NCBI GenBank assembly: GCA_942492875.1
Contig: OW818642.1
Coordinates: 2,478,606 to 2,542,605, forward strand
Source: an uncultured Desulfuromonadaceae bacterium
GTDB taxonomy: Bacteria; Desulfobacterota; Desulfuromonadia; Geobacterales; Pseudopelobacteraceae
Direction: 5' to 3'
DNA length: 64,000 nt
Each line of letters starts with the position of its first letter. Position 1 is the stretch's first letter. The notes below the pieces were generated by a model. It saw only the letters and a program-made list of their open reading frames with translations. It ran no database searches and was not told the origin of the DNA. The position numbers and the translations under genes were made by a program. Of this stretch, positions 51,433-60,494 are shown piece after piece.

Positions 51433-53136
51433 CTAGAATTCCCGCACGTCGGATATGCTGCAGCCAAATACGCGTTCCGCTTCTTTGATCACCGGATGGT
51501 TTATGGCTTCCTGTTTCAGCTCTTTCAGATGCTGCTCGGTGTCACTCTTTTTTTTTTCTGCCAATGACAGTGGCGCGTCAGCAAAGCCGCTTTCAATGGA
51601 TTTTACCCGGATGACGCTGTTACCTCCGGAAAAGCTGCAAGCCAGAGCCTGCACATCGGCGATAAACTCATCGTCCTGGGCGGCGGTCAGGTAGTAGCTG
51701 CCGGCGGGAAAGCCGATTTCAATCAAGCCGCTCTCCTGCTTGAGCGGGCTGCCATGCTCAAGTACTGACCCCAACTGGCGGTCCTTGCCGTTTACGAAAG
51801 CCACAAAGCGGCCCCAATCACCCTGCCCTCCGCTCGCGCCGGTGGCGGCAGCGGGTGCAGCAGCCGGTGACGGGATTGATTGGGGTGGTGGGGGCGGGGT
51901 CGTGCTGCGCGGCTCCGTATGCTGCGGCAGCGGCGCGGGGGTGGCTCTGGTTGTGTCCCAGGGGAGCACCGGCGTGTGAACCGCCGCAGTTTCAAGTGAC
52001 TTGATCTTTTCAATCAGCTCCTGGATGGGCACCAGCGGCGCCAGGAGGGTGGCTTTCAGGAGCGCCATCTCGACAATCAGGCGGGGAAAGCTGGCGTATG
52101 CCAACTCTGTTTCCGCTTTTATCAGCAGCGTCAAGCGGCGCTGAATATCCAATGCGCTGACGTGGAGTGACTGTTTCTGCAGCTCTTCAAGCTCAGCCGC
52201 CGCCAGATCAAGGATCTCTTCCGGCTTCTTGACCGAGCGGATGACCAGCAGATTGCGAAAATGCTCGATCAGCTCCTGACAGAACTGGCGCATATTGTAT
52301 CCGACCAGGTCAACCTGCTTGATTCCCGCAAGTGCACCCTGGGTATCGCCGCTAAAGACCGCCGCCGAAATGTCCGCCAGCAGTCGCCGGTCGATGGTTC
52401 CGAGCAGAGTCGCGACATCTTCATCTTTAACGCTGTTTCCGCAGAATGCCAGCACCTGATCGAACGCGGTCAGCGAATCGCGCATGCTGCCGTCACCTTT
52501 GCGGGCAATCAGCGCCAGCGAAGCATCGGAGACCGTCACTGCCTCTTTTTCGGCAATTTCACGCAGCCGGGCAATGATCTTCGGGAGGGTGACCCTTTTA
52601 AAGTCAAAGCGCTGGCAGCGCGACAGGATCGTTACCGGCAGCTTGTGCGGTTCAGTCGTGGCAAAGATGAATTTGACATGCTCGGGCGGTTCTTCGAGCG
52701 TCTTCAGCAACGCGTTGAATGCATTGGTGGACAGCATGTGGACTTCGTCGATAATGATGATGCGGTAGCGGCTGTGTGAGGGGAGGTATTTGATGTTGTC
52801 GCGCAGGTCGCGGACATCGTCGACACCGTTATTTGAGGCGCCGTCGATCTCGAAAACGTCGGTTGAGGTGCCTTTGGTTATCTCGATGCACTGCGGGCAG
52901 ACGTTGCACGGTTCGTGGGTGACCCCTACTTCGCAGTTGAGGGTCTTGGCCATGATGCGGGCGGTACTGGTCTTGCCGACGCCACGGGCTCCGGTAAAGA
53001 GAAAGGCGTGGGCAACCCGACCTGAATCGATCGCATTCTGCAGGGTACGGCTGACATGTTCCTGGCCTGCCAGTTCGGAGAAGTTTTGGGGGCGATATTT
53101 CCTTGCCAGGACTTCATAGTGCGTGCCGTTGGACAA
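51433..53136 (-). CDS. dnaX: DNA polymerase III subunits gamma/tau
   Basis: AAA+ Walker A GARGVGKT. Zinc module CxxC. Pro-rich linker. Confidence 0.9.
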   Translation of the reverse strand: MSNGTHYEVLARKYRPQNFSELAGQEHVSRTLQNAIDSGRVAHAFLFTGARGVGKTSTARIMAKTLNCEVGVTHEPCNVCPQCIEITKGTSTDVFEIDGASNNGVDDVRDLRDNIKYLPSHSRYRIIIIDEVHMLSTNAFNALLKTLEEPPEHVKFIFATTEPHKLPVTILSRCQRFDFKRVTLPKIIARLREIAEKEAVTVSDASLALIARKGDGSMRDSLTAFDQVLAFCGNSVKDEDVATLLGTIDRRLLADISAAVFSGDTQGALAGIKQVDLVGYNMRQFCQELIEHFRNLLVIRSVKKPEEILDLAAAELEELQKQSLHVSALDIQRRLTLLIKAETELAYASFPRLIVEMALLKATLLAPLVPIQELIEKIKSLETAAVHTPVLPWDTTRATPAPLPQHTEPRSTTPPPPPQSIPSPAAAPAAATGASGGQGDWGRFVAFVNGKDRQLGSVLEHGSPLKQESGLIEIGFPAGSYYLTAAQDDEFIADVQALACSFSGGNSVIRVKSIESGFADAPLSLAEKKKSDTEQHLKELKQEAINHPVIKEAERVFGCSISDVREF

Positions 53137-53237
53137 GAGATCTAACCTCGCAGGTGGTCTGATTCGCCACGCAACGAAGCGGGGGATCAGCGGTTGGTTC
53201 AGGGGGATGTGAAAGGGAAAAGAGTTTGCAGACGCAG

Positions 53238-53343
53238 ATGATAGCCGGGTTTACCCGCGGCACACAGCAGGAGCCGCTGCCGTTGCTTCCTTCCGGACCT
53301 GGCGGAGTTCACGGCGTGCCGTTGCGCGAGGCCCGGCTATCAT
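53238..53343 (-). ncRNA. ffs: Signal recognition particle RNA (small 4.5S type)
   Basis: Minus strand contains the conserved domain IV sequence CAGGUCCGGAAGGAAGCA. It is closed by the helix AUAGCCGGG...CCCGGCUAU. Sits immediately upstream of dnaX as in many bacteria. Ends approximate to ±5 nt. Confidence 0.7.
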
Positions 53344-53496
53344 CTTCGCCTGCAAACCGGACGGCTTCGCCAAAAGCCCATCTGCTGCGTTACGCTCAAC
53401 CCACGTCACTGCGGCGTACCTGAAAGCACGCCTCATTCCTCGGGTTTCGCAAGCCTTGCATATGAACTTTTTGCTGTACCGCAAAATCAAAAAAAA

Positions 53497-53587
53497 TGGC
53501 GGAGAGAGAGGGATTCGAACCCTCGGTACGCTATTAACGTACACACGCTTTCCAGGCGTGCTCCTTCAACCGCTCGGACATCTCTCC
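53497..53587 (-). tRNA. tRNA-Ser (anticodon GGA) with encoded CCA
   Basis: Minus strand folds as a cloverleaf: acceptor GGAGAGA/UCUCUCC, anticodon stem CACGC/GCGUG with loop CUGGAAA, long variable arm, T-arm GAGGGUUCGAAUCCCUC, then GCCA. Confidence 0.9.
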
Positions 53588-53698
53588 ACAAAATTGAACA
53601 GTACATATATTATATCAATTACCATTTGTCCAGCATTTCATATTATGCTTTGAAATAAATACTGGGAAATTGTACAGTCCGTGCAGGAGAACCGCCCC

Positions 53699-54442
53699 AT
53701 GAAGATTGCCGTCATAACTGCCATGCCGGAGGAGTTCAACGCCGTATCCCGCTGTCTGGGGGCTGGCACCGCCATGCGGCTGGCCGGCCTCAAAGCTTTC
53801 AGCTGCCATGCCGGCGGGCACGATCTTTTGCTGCTCTTGTCCGGTATGGGGTTTGATAATGCTGCCCGGGCCGCAGAGGCGGCCATTCGGGAGTGGCGGC
53901 CCAACCTGCTCGTCTCTGCCGGTTTTTGTGGCGGGATAGCACCGGAGCTTAAGGTTGGAGATGTTGTGGTGGCGAAGCAAATGGTGATTGTAACCGGTAA
54001 CGGACCTGAGGAGGTGCCGGTGCTTTTTGCAGCAGCCGGGCAGAACTTTGTGGCGCGTGAGAGCGGCATGCGCGTATGTGGAGGATTGTTTGCCAGTACA
54101 CCGGTCATCATGTCAAAAAAACGGCTGGCCGGAATGCTGCCGGCCGGAAGTACCAATCCGGTGGTCGAGATGGAGAGTGCGGCGGTTGCCATTATCGCCG
54201 TTGAAAACAGTATTCCGTTACTGGCAATCCGGGCGGTCAGCGATTCTGCTGATGAGGAACTCGGCTTCTCGCTGGAGGAGTTTTGTGACGCGGGGTTACG
54301 CCGCATCAGCATACACAAGGTGCTGCTGACTGTTTTGCGGAAACCCCGTATAATCCCGCAGCTTGTGCGCCTCTCCCGCAACAGCCGCGTCGCTGCAAGC
54401 AGTCTGACGGCGGCGTTGTCCCGCCTATTTCCCACCCTTTAA
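53699..54442 (+). CDS. PNP_UDP_1-family nucleosidase (MTA/SAH nucleosidase/HpnG-like), second paralog in window
   Basis: MKIAVITAMPEEF, ...SAGFCGG, ...VVEMESAAV motifs. Start at the internal ATG at 53699. Confidence 0.55.
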   Translation: MKIAVITAMPEEFNAVSRCLGAGTAMRLAGLKAFSCHAGGHDLLLLLSGMGFDNAARAAEAAIREWRPNLLVSAGFCGGIAPELKVGDVVVAKQMVIVTGNGPEEVPVLFAAAGQNFVARESGMRVCGGLFASTPVIMSKKRLAGMLPAGSTNPVVEMESAAVAIIAVENSIPLLAIRAVSDSADEELGFSLEEFCDAGLRRISIHKVLLTVLRKPRIIPQLVRLSRNSRVAASSLTAALSRLFPTL

Positions 54443-55294
54443 AATACGTCCCGCCGGGGACCAGGGATAATCGCGCAGATGTTCCCCCAGCTGCTCTTTC
54501 GTATAAGCATTAACCCGCCTCAACGACAGCGTCACCACGATCAGAAACGGCAGCGTGTACATCAGTATGCCGCAAAACGCCATGAAGCGCTCGCCGATGA
54601 TCAGCGTCATGGCGATATTGAAGATCAACACAGACAGATACAACAGCGGGCCTATGAGGGAGTGGAAGGGAAGGGTGACAAGGCCGGACGCCGTTTCGTC
54701 GAGGCGCCGGGCATCGATCAGCTGAAACGCCGCAATGAGGCAAAAGCTGGTCAGCAGCCACCCCGCATAATTGGAAAGCGGCACACCGAAGTGGAGTCCC
54801 GCTTCGCGGTAGCCATAAATCTGCCCCAAAAACCAGCGATGCCCCTGCAGTGCCACCGGGTCGATCACGATATCGAGGAAGGTTTGCAGGAATGAGCCTA
54901 AAATCAGCGCTGCAAATGAACGCCGGATGCGGCGGGTCTCCAGCGTCACAACATTCCAGCGCCACGCTCGGAGCGGCGAGATGATGAAAAGTGCGGTGGA
55001 GTAGCTGCAATAAGAGAGAAAAACATAGGAGAGCGAGTCGAAGAACGGCACCCCGGCAATCCAGAGTTCGCGACAGCTGGTGGTGTCGATGTAATAGTAC
55101 CAGCCATAGGGAAAGCCGGTGTTGATGGAGAGCCACTCCGAGCCGAAGGCGATGGTGTAGCCGACCAGTGTGAAGGTCATGGTTCTCTTCCACCCGACGT
55201 GTGGCACACAGACGAGCAGGAATGCTCCGAAGAAAGCGAATACATACGGGCGCATCGTAACGGTGCCGATGGCTATGTCGAGGAGATGGGGCAT
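54425..55294 (-). CDS. Polytopic membrane protein, DUF422/carotenoid-biosynthesis-protein-like family
   Basis: About 8 TM helices. Convergent 18-bp overlap with the nucleosidase gene. Confidence 0.4.
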   Translation of the reverse strand: MPHLLDIAIGTVTMRPYVFAFFGAFLLVCVPHVGWKRTMTFTLVGYTIAFGSEWLSINTGFPYGWYYYIDTTSCRELWIAGVPFFDSLSYVFLSYCSYSTALFIISPLRAWRWNVVTLETRRIRRSFAALILGSFLQTFLDIVIDPVALQGHRWFLGQIYGYREAGLHFGVPLSNYAGWLLTSFCLIAAFQLIDARRLDETASGLVTLPFHSLIGPLLYLSVLIFNIAMTLIIGERFMAFCGILMYTLPFLIVVTLSLRRVNAYTKEQLGEHLRDYPWSPAGRILKGGK

Positions 55295-55335
55295 TTGTAT
55301 CAGTTCCGTGTTATGGCATGAGCTTGCACTTAGGT

Positions 55336-58300
55336 TTACCTGACAAGCCAGAACTGCCCCTGAGGGGTGCGGGCTATCCTGATACGTCCGGTGGAATCAA
55401 CCATGACAATTTCCGTCACGGAAGATTTTTCCTCATGCTTGAGGTTTTCAGCGAAGATGTGACCGGTAATAGACAACTCATACGAGACCAGATAGCCGGC
55501 GTTGAGGCCGTTCTGTTCGATGCGTACATTGCCCATCTTCAGTTGAATCTGATCGAACACGGAAAACATGTTACGGAAGTAATCCTGAACATCAGCCAGG
55601 GTCGTACCGTCACCTGCCGACCAGTCGTCGTCGAGGCACCCCATCAGTCCGGAGTCGTTTTTTGCTTCATAGGCTTCGCTGAATTTCTGATAAAAAGAGT
55701 GGATTTGCAGCTTGTCGTTCAGGATGTTTCTGACTTCAACGTCTTCGGGAGAAAGCTGCCCCAACGCCTCAATATCGCGATTGACAGACGCCCCTCCATT
55801 CTTGGCAAGCTCTTCCAGATGCTCTTTCCACTCCTGCTCGTTAGTGGTGATGAAAAACCGCGCTGCGCTTTTCATGGCGCTTAGTTCGTCTTTGAGCGCC
55901 AGCATAACCCGGTTTGCTCCTGAAGCGGCCAGGTCGAGCGCCCTGTCAAGATCCTTCTCCAGTGCGCTCATCTTATCGAGGCGGCGAATTGCCGTTGTCT
56001 CATCACGGGCAGTTTTGAAGCGCTCCTGAAAAGTTTTCCTCTGAGCAGTGATCTCTCCGGCGAACAGCGTGAGATCCTTTTTCGCCTTGTTTTCCGCCGC
56101 TCCCCAGATGCTGAGCATCTTCGAAAAGCGCTTATACCCCTCCAGTGTAGCGGGACCAACAGCAGGGCCGCCTTCACGATAATAAATCCCCTTGCCGTAG
56201 GACTGGACCAACTTCTGCAGTGATTCAATGCGGTGCCCATTTTCTTTCCAGGCCTTTTGCAATGCTGAATAAATCTTCGTGCCGTCGGATGATCCTGTGT
56301 CGTCCGGCGTAATAAGCCAGACGCCATCTTTTTGCATGAACGCCTGAGTTGCCCGAGCCGACTCCACTGCCTCGTCGCCTGTGTAGGTGAAATTCTGCAG
56401 TCCCTTTGCCGCCAGGGCACTGCGGTCGATAATAGCCAGAGCCAGCTCATCCATATCGGCATACCACTGGAGGGTAGAGGCTGCATCCTGTATTGCTGCA
56501 AGGGACGTGTTGTAATTCTGTACAACATAGGACCGGTTGAGCGCCGCACTGTGGTCAAGAATTTCAGGAGCCATAAAGAGCGGTTCAGCTTTAATGCTGT
56601 TGAACTTCCCTGTCAAAAAGAGGGTGACTGCAGCATCGCCGCTTTCAAAACAGTGAAAAGTCGCAATGCTGCCGCACCAGTTGTTGCCGGCAATCTGTTC
56701 CGCTCCGAGGCGGGCAACAAGCGTGCTGTCTGCCGGCCTGATTTTTTCGGAAAACATTTTTCTAAATGCATCCAGAATAGCCCGTGCTGCAACGGCTCGA
56801 TCGGCAAAGAACGTTTTTTCCTGCCCCAGCATAGTTCCAGCCAGAGAGGCATCCTGTTGTGCTTTTTTTCCCGCTTTTTTCATGTCCTGGTAGGCTTTTA
56901 GATAAAACCCAGGCCGGGCGTCGTAAAATGTGCCATTTTCCTTCAGCTCGCTGATGACGGTAAGATACGTTCCGGCCTCGCTTCCGAACAGGTTGGCGTA
57001 GGCCAGCGCCATGAACTCCTTATCCCCCGGACGGGAAAAATATATATTGGCGGTGCTCAGTTGAGCTCCGATGCTCTCTTCGAGTGATTTAGCCATCTGC
57101 TTTGACTCGGCATTAAAACCCTTGATCCTGTCGCTGAGGCTCTGCATGGCGCTGCGGGCGGCGCTGCGCGCCAGCTCCAGACGGGTCTCAGCCTCCAGAC
57201 GCATTGCGGCTATTTTGGCATCAAAAAGAGCTTTCCGGGCCTTCGTATATGACTGGCTTCCCTCACTGAAAACCAGCAGGTTGCCAGGCAGCTCAATGAG
57301 GGAACCGCTTTCACCGTTCGCCAAAGCCGCCGCACGAATAGCGCTCCGATATTCATCCGCAAAAGCATTCTCCTCAAACTCAATCAGTGACTGGTCATAT
57401 CCCTTGGATGGTGACTCGTTATATTCCTTCAGAGCAATTTCCAGGTGTTGCAAGGCCGGTTCCATAACGATCGGCTGAAAGGTTCGCTGTGTCTGCCCCC
57501 TGGCAATTTCTTCGCTTTGCTCCTTTGCCTCTTTCCCCATTTGCTCGGCGGCGTCCTTTTTATGCGCAAGAACCGTCCCCTTAAACTGATTGAAAACCTT
57601 CAGCCCCTCGGCTGCCTGGATAGCGGCCGCTGCAGTCAGGGCGCTCACCTGGCTTTCGGCGAGTTTTTTATCACTCTCTGCCTGATCGACGAGGTTCATG
57701 ACCTCCTGCTGGGCAATCCTTTCCGTGCGATGCTTCGCCATCAGTGAGCTGCGCATGGCTATAATCTGATCGGCGATGGCCTGTTTCATTTTCTCTTCGC
57801 CCGCATCGGTTCCTGTTCCGGCCCACATGCCGCTGTAATCGACCAGTTCCCAATCGGTGTCGATCTTGGCCCGGATGGCCGATGGGGACTTGTCTATCAC
57901 CCACTCGCCGAAACCCTGGGGATTGCCCTGAATATCGGGGAAGATAGTATTGACCTTGCCGGCCAGGGCTGTGTCAAAGGCATATGCCATGACATATTCA
58001 CCCAGACTGATAACTGCCCCCTGGGCAAGGCGAAAGGTTCCCCAGCCGGGTACCAAAGCTCCAAGTACTTCATCGGCCACCGAACCGCCCAGTGACCGCA
58101 GGCCCGCTTCGGCCCCTCCGCTGTTCCAGGCCTGATAGGTTGACCAGCCGATTTCCGCCGATTTGATGCTTCCGTCCAGTATTTTCATGCTTACGCCAAG
58201 ATGCACGTCGATGTCGGCCTTGACACCCGGCCACAGCGTACTCAGGCTTTTATCTTCAATCAGCATCTTGCCGACAAGGAGGGGAGCCTGTTGCTGCAGC

Positions 58301-58626
58301 AGCCCGAGGCGGATCTGTTTTGCGGCAAACGCCTTGGTCGCCGCCAGCAGTGCCGTTTTGGTCCGGTCTACCACCTCCGCCTGTACCTTGCCTTCCACGT
58401 TTTCAAGGATGAAGTTCATCTTCTGTTCGTTTGTGGTCAGTCTTTGGTACGCGGGGTCGATGCGGAAAACCACATCATAGGCGGCAATCAGGGTTGCCGC
58501 CGCCTTCCCTTCAGGCGTCTGATCAAAAGCAATTTTCTCGGCGGCGCAAGAAATTTGCACCGTCGAGAAAACCAGAAACAGGGTAACCATGGTCAACGCA
58601 ATGGTCCGGAAAGTAACTCTATTCAT
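55336..58626 (-). CDS. Large secreted coiled-coil protein (1096 aa) with about 110-aa C-terminal domain shared with the 62176..>64000 product
   Basis: Signal peptide (LVFSTVQISCAAE). Mostly alpha-helical and Ala/Lys/Glu-rich. C-terminus DDDWSAGDGTTLADVQDYFRNMF...NLKHEEKSSVTEIV...GQFWLVR. Confidence 0.5.
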   Translation of the reverse strand: MNRVTFRTIALTMVTLFLVFSTVQISCAAEKIAFDQTPEGKAAATLIAAYDVVFRIDPAYQRLTTNEQKMNFILENVEGKVQAEVVDRTKTALLAATKAFAAKQIRLGLLQQQAPLLVGKMLIEDKSLSTLWPGVKADIDVHLGVSMKILDGSIKSAEIGWSTYQAWNSGGAEAGLRSLGGSVADEVLGALVPGWGTFRLAQGAVISLGEYVMAYAFDTALAGKVNTIFPDIQGNPQGFGEWVIDKSPSAIRAKIDTDWELVDYSGMWAGTGTDAGEEKMKQAIADQIIAMRSSLMAKHRTERIAQQEVMNLVDQAESDKKLAESQVSALTAAAAIQAAEGLKVFNQFKGTVLAHKKDAAEQMGKEAKEQSEEIARGQTQRTFQPIVMEPALQHLEIALKEYNESPSKGYDQSLIEFEENAFADEYRSAIRAAALANGESGSLIELPGNLLVFSEGSQSYTKARKALFDAKIAAMRLEAETRLELARSAARSAMQSLSDRIKGFNAESKQMAKSLEESIGAQLSTANIYFSRPGDKEFMALAYANLFGSEAGTYLTVISELKENGTFYDARPGFYLKAYQDMKKAGKKAQQDASLAGTMLGQEKTFFADRAVAARAILDAFRKMFSEKIRPADSTLVARLGAEQIAGNNWCGSIATFHCFESGDAAVTLFLTGKFNSIKAEPLFMAPEILDHSAALNRSYVVQNYNTSLAAIQDAASTLQWYADMDELALAIIDRSALAAKGLQNFTYTGDEAVESARATQAFMQKDGVWLITPDDTGSSDGTKIYSALQKAWKENGHRIESLQKLVQSYGKGIYYREGGPAVGPATLEGYKRFSKMLSIWGAAENKAKKDLTLFAGEITAQRKTFQERFKTARDETTAIRRLDKMSALEKDLDRALDLAASGANRVMLALKDELSAMKSAARFFITTNEQEWKEHLEELAKNGGASVNRDIEALGQLSPEDVEVRNILNDKLQIHSFYQKFSEAYEAKNDSGLMGCLDDDWSAGDGTTLADVQDYFRNMFSVFDQIQLKMGNVRIEQNGLNAGYLVSYELSITGHIFAENLKHEEKSSVTEIVMVDSTGRIRIARTPQGQFWLVR

Positions 58627-58661
58627 TGGTGTCCTTCCTTCTAAAGAAGGTTATGGCAGTA

Positions 58662-59933
58662 TCAGAAGCTGCGTGACCCATTCGGCTGGTACTTGTACTC
58701 GAAGACATTATTTGCCGGACCTTGCTCACCGATATATTTGATGAGGGCGTAGGTGTTGTTGGGTAATTTGACGGCAAACACCGCACCTTCAGTTGAGAAA
58801 TGAACGTTCTGGCCCCAGCCACTGTCCGGTATGGTTATATTGGAAAAAGAAGAGCCCATGTAACTCAGCAAGACTGCACCGTTACCCCAGATCAGATTAC
58901 TTTCTTTGTAAATTTCCGATGCAGCAATCAGTGTTGTTGGTATGTCTTGAGTGAAATTGAATCCATCTGCGCTGGTGCAGGGAGGAGTGCATGTGTTTGT
59001 CAGCGTAAAACTTCCTGTAACCAGATCACTATCCCCGTTGGTAATCGAATCTACCGGAGCAACCAGAACAGTGCCATTGGAGCTGATCTGAATTACGGCA
59101 CTGTTTTCAGCCGAATTGACCGTGCCGGTTGCGACTTCCGATGCGTCTGACAGGCCGAAGATCAGCGGGTTCTTCATACTGAATACCAGTGGCCCCTTTT
59201 CGCCAAGAGTGAAAACAAACTCACTGACCCCTTTGTCGCGCAGTGTTTGACCGCTTCTCGTTGAAGTCAGCTTGCGGCTGAAGGAAAAGGACGCATAAAT
59301 TTTCCCGGTGGCGGCGGTGACGTTGTTGATTGTGTAGGTAATGTCGATATTTTCGAAGGCGCTGAAGTCTCTTCTGATTGCACGGTCCAGCACCGACGGA
59401 TCGCCGGCGAAATCCTCACCCACCAAAGCCATGAAGCGCATCGGATCTTCTGCCCGGTAGGCGGCAATCATCTCATTCACTGCCTGGCGGACCAGTGCAG
59501 CGATATTCTGATCGCTGATCGCTATTTCCTTGCGGGTGGCATCGACTTCATTTGATTTTCCGGTGGTGTCGATGATTTTGACGAACAGCACGTATGTTTT
59601 TCCCGCTTCCGGACGGAAGCTGTATTCAAAACTGCCATCGGAACTTTTGCGGGCTTTTTCCCAACTTTCCTTGTTGTTGTTGCTGACCTGCACCGAGCCG
59701 ACCGCCGAGGAGCTGGTGGCCGCTTTGCCGCGCAGCACAATCTGACCGTTTTCCAGCGTCTCACGGTAGACCGTGACCTTGTCTCCCAGTTCATCGTAGG
59801 AAACGCCGTTCAGGTACAAGTATTTGGTTGATATCTCGTTTTCAGACTGGCCGAAGATCCACCATTTGGCCTGGCTGGTGGCCGGTAGCAGGGCCAAAAG
59901 TGTGATGACAATAAAATAACGCAACAGATTCAT
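58662..59933 (-). CDS. Secreted protein with NTF2-like (SnoaL/DUF4440-like) domain and C-terminal beta-rich domain
   Basis: Signal peptide MNLLRYFIVITLLALLPATSQA. The central segment MRFMALVGEDFAGD...RRDFSAFENIDITYTINNV...PLIFGL is homologous to the downstream lipoprotein. The start is the M at 59933, not the track M at 60026. Confidence 0.5.
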   Translation of the reverse strand: MNLLRYFIVITLLALLPATSQAKWWIFGQSENEISTKYLYLNGVSYDELGDKVTVYRETLENGQIVLRGKAATSSSAVGSVQVSNNNKESWEKARKSSDGSFEYSFRPEAGKTYVLFVKIIDTTGKSNEVDATRKEIAISDQNIAALVRQAVNEMIAAYRAEDPMRFMALVGEDFAGDPSVLDRAIRRDFSAFENIDITYTINNVTAATGKIYASFSFSRKLTSTRSGQTLRDKGVSEFVFTLGEKGPLVFSMKNPLIFGLSDASEVATGTVNSAENSAVIQISSNGTVLVAPVDSITNGDSDLVTGSFTLTNTCTPPCTSADGFNFTQDIPTTLIAASEIYKESNLIWGNGAVLLSYMGSSFSNITIPDSGWGQNVHFSTEGAVFAVKLPNNTYALIKYIGEQGPANNVFEYKYQPNGSRSF

Positions 59934-59958
59934 AAAAATCTCCTTGAATTGAATTGAT

Positions 59959-60441
59959 TCAATGTAGTCCAAACAGCCGTGGGCCGCGCTGACTGTACAG
60001 TTTATAGACACCATCCTCCAGTACAAAAACTAGAGAGGTCTCTTTTGTTTCGCTCTTGGTTTTACTGGTCTTGATGTCGGTCCAGCCGCGGGTGAAGGTG
60101 ATGGCAATAAATGCTTTGTTGCCCGTGCTGTCAAGGGTGATGTTGTTGACCGTATAGCGGAGCGACAGGTTGTGGTAGACACTGAAGTCCCGCTGGATTG
60201 AGGTGTTGAGGATACCCGCTTCACCGGTATAGTTGCCGCTTGTCAGTTCTGTGAACTGACGGCTGTTTTTTGTTTCGTAGGCGGAAATGAGTTGGTCAAG
60301 GGACTGCCTTATCTGGGTATGCCGTGCCATGGTGATGGCTGAAGACGATTCTCCGGCACCGCCGGTTGTTACTCCGGCGCAGGCGGTGAGTGTGGTGCAT
60401 GGAAGCAGTAAAAGTAATCCGGCTATGACAAGTCTGCGCAT
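59959..60441 (-). CDS. Lipoprotein with NTF2-like domain
   Basis: Signal peptide with lipobox LTAC. RQFTELTSGNYTGE...QRDFSVYHNLSLRYTVNNI...PRLFGL. Confidence 0.5.
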   Translation of the reverse strand: MRRLVIAGLLLLLPCTTLTACAGVTTGGAGESSSAITMARHTQIRQSLDQLISAYETKNSRQFTELTSGNYTGEAGILNTSIQRDFSVYHNLSLRYTVNNITLDSTGNKAFIAITFTRGWTDIKTSKTKSETKETSLVFVLEDGVYKLYSQRGPRLFGLH

Positions 60442-60494
60442 GTATCCCCCTGTAGAATGTGTGTTAATGACGGAATTTCAGGTGACAGCTGTTT

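Noticed and set aside
53226-53544. Track ORFs 53226..53423 (+) and 53251..53544 (−)
   Set aside because: They overlap the SRP RNA gene and the tRNA-Ser flank; non-coding.
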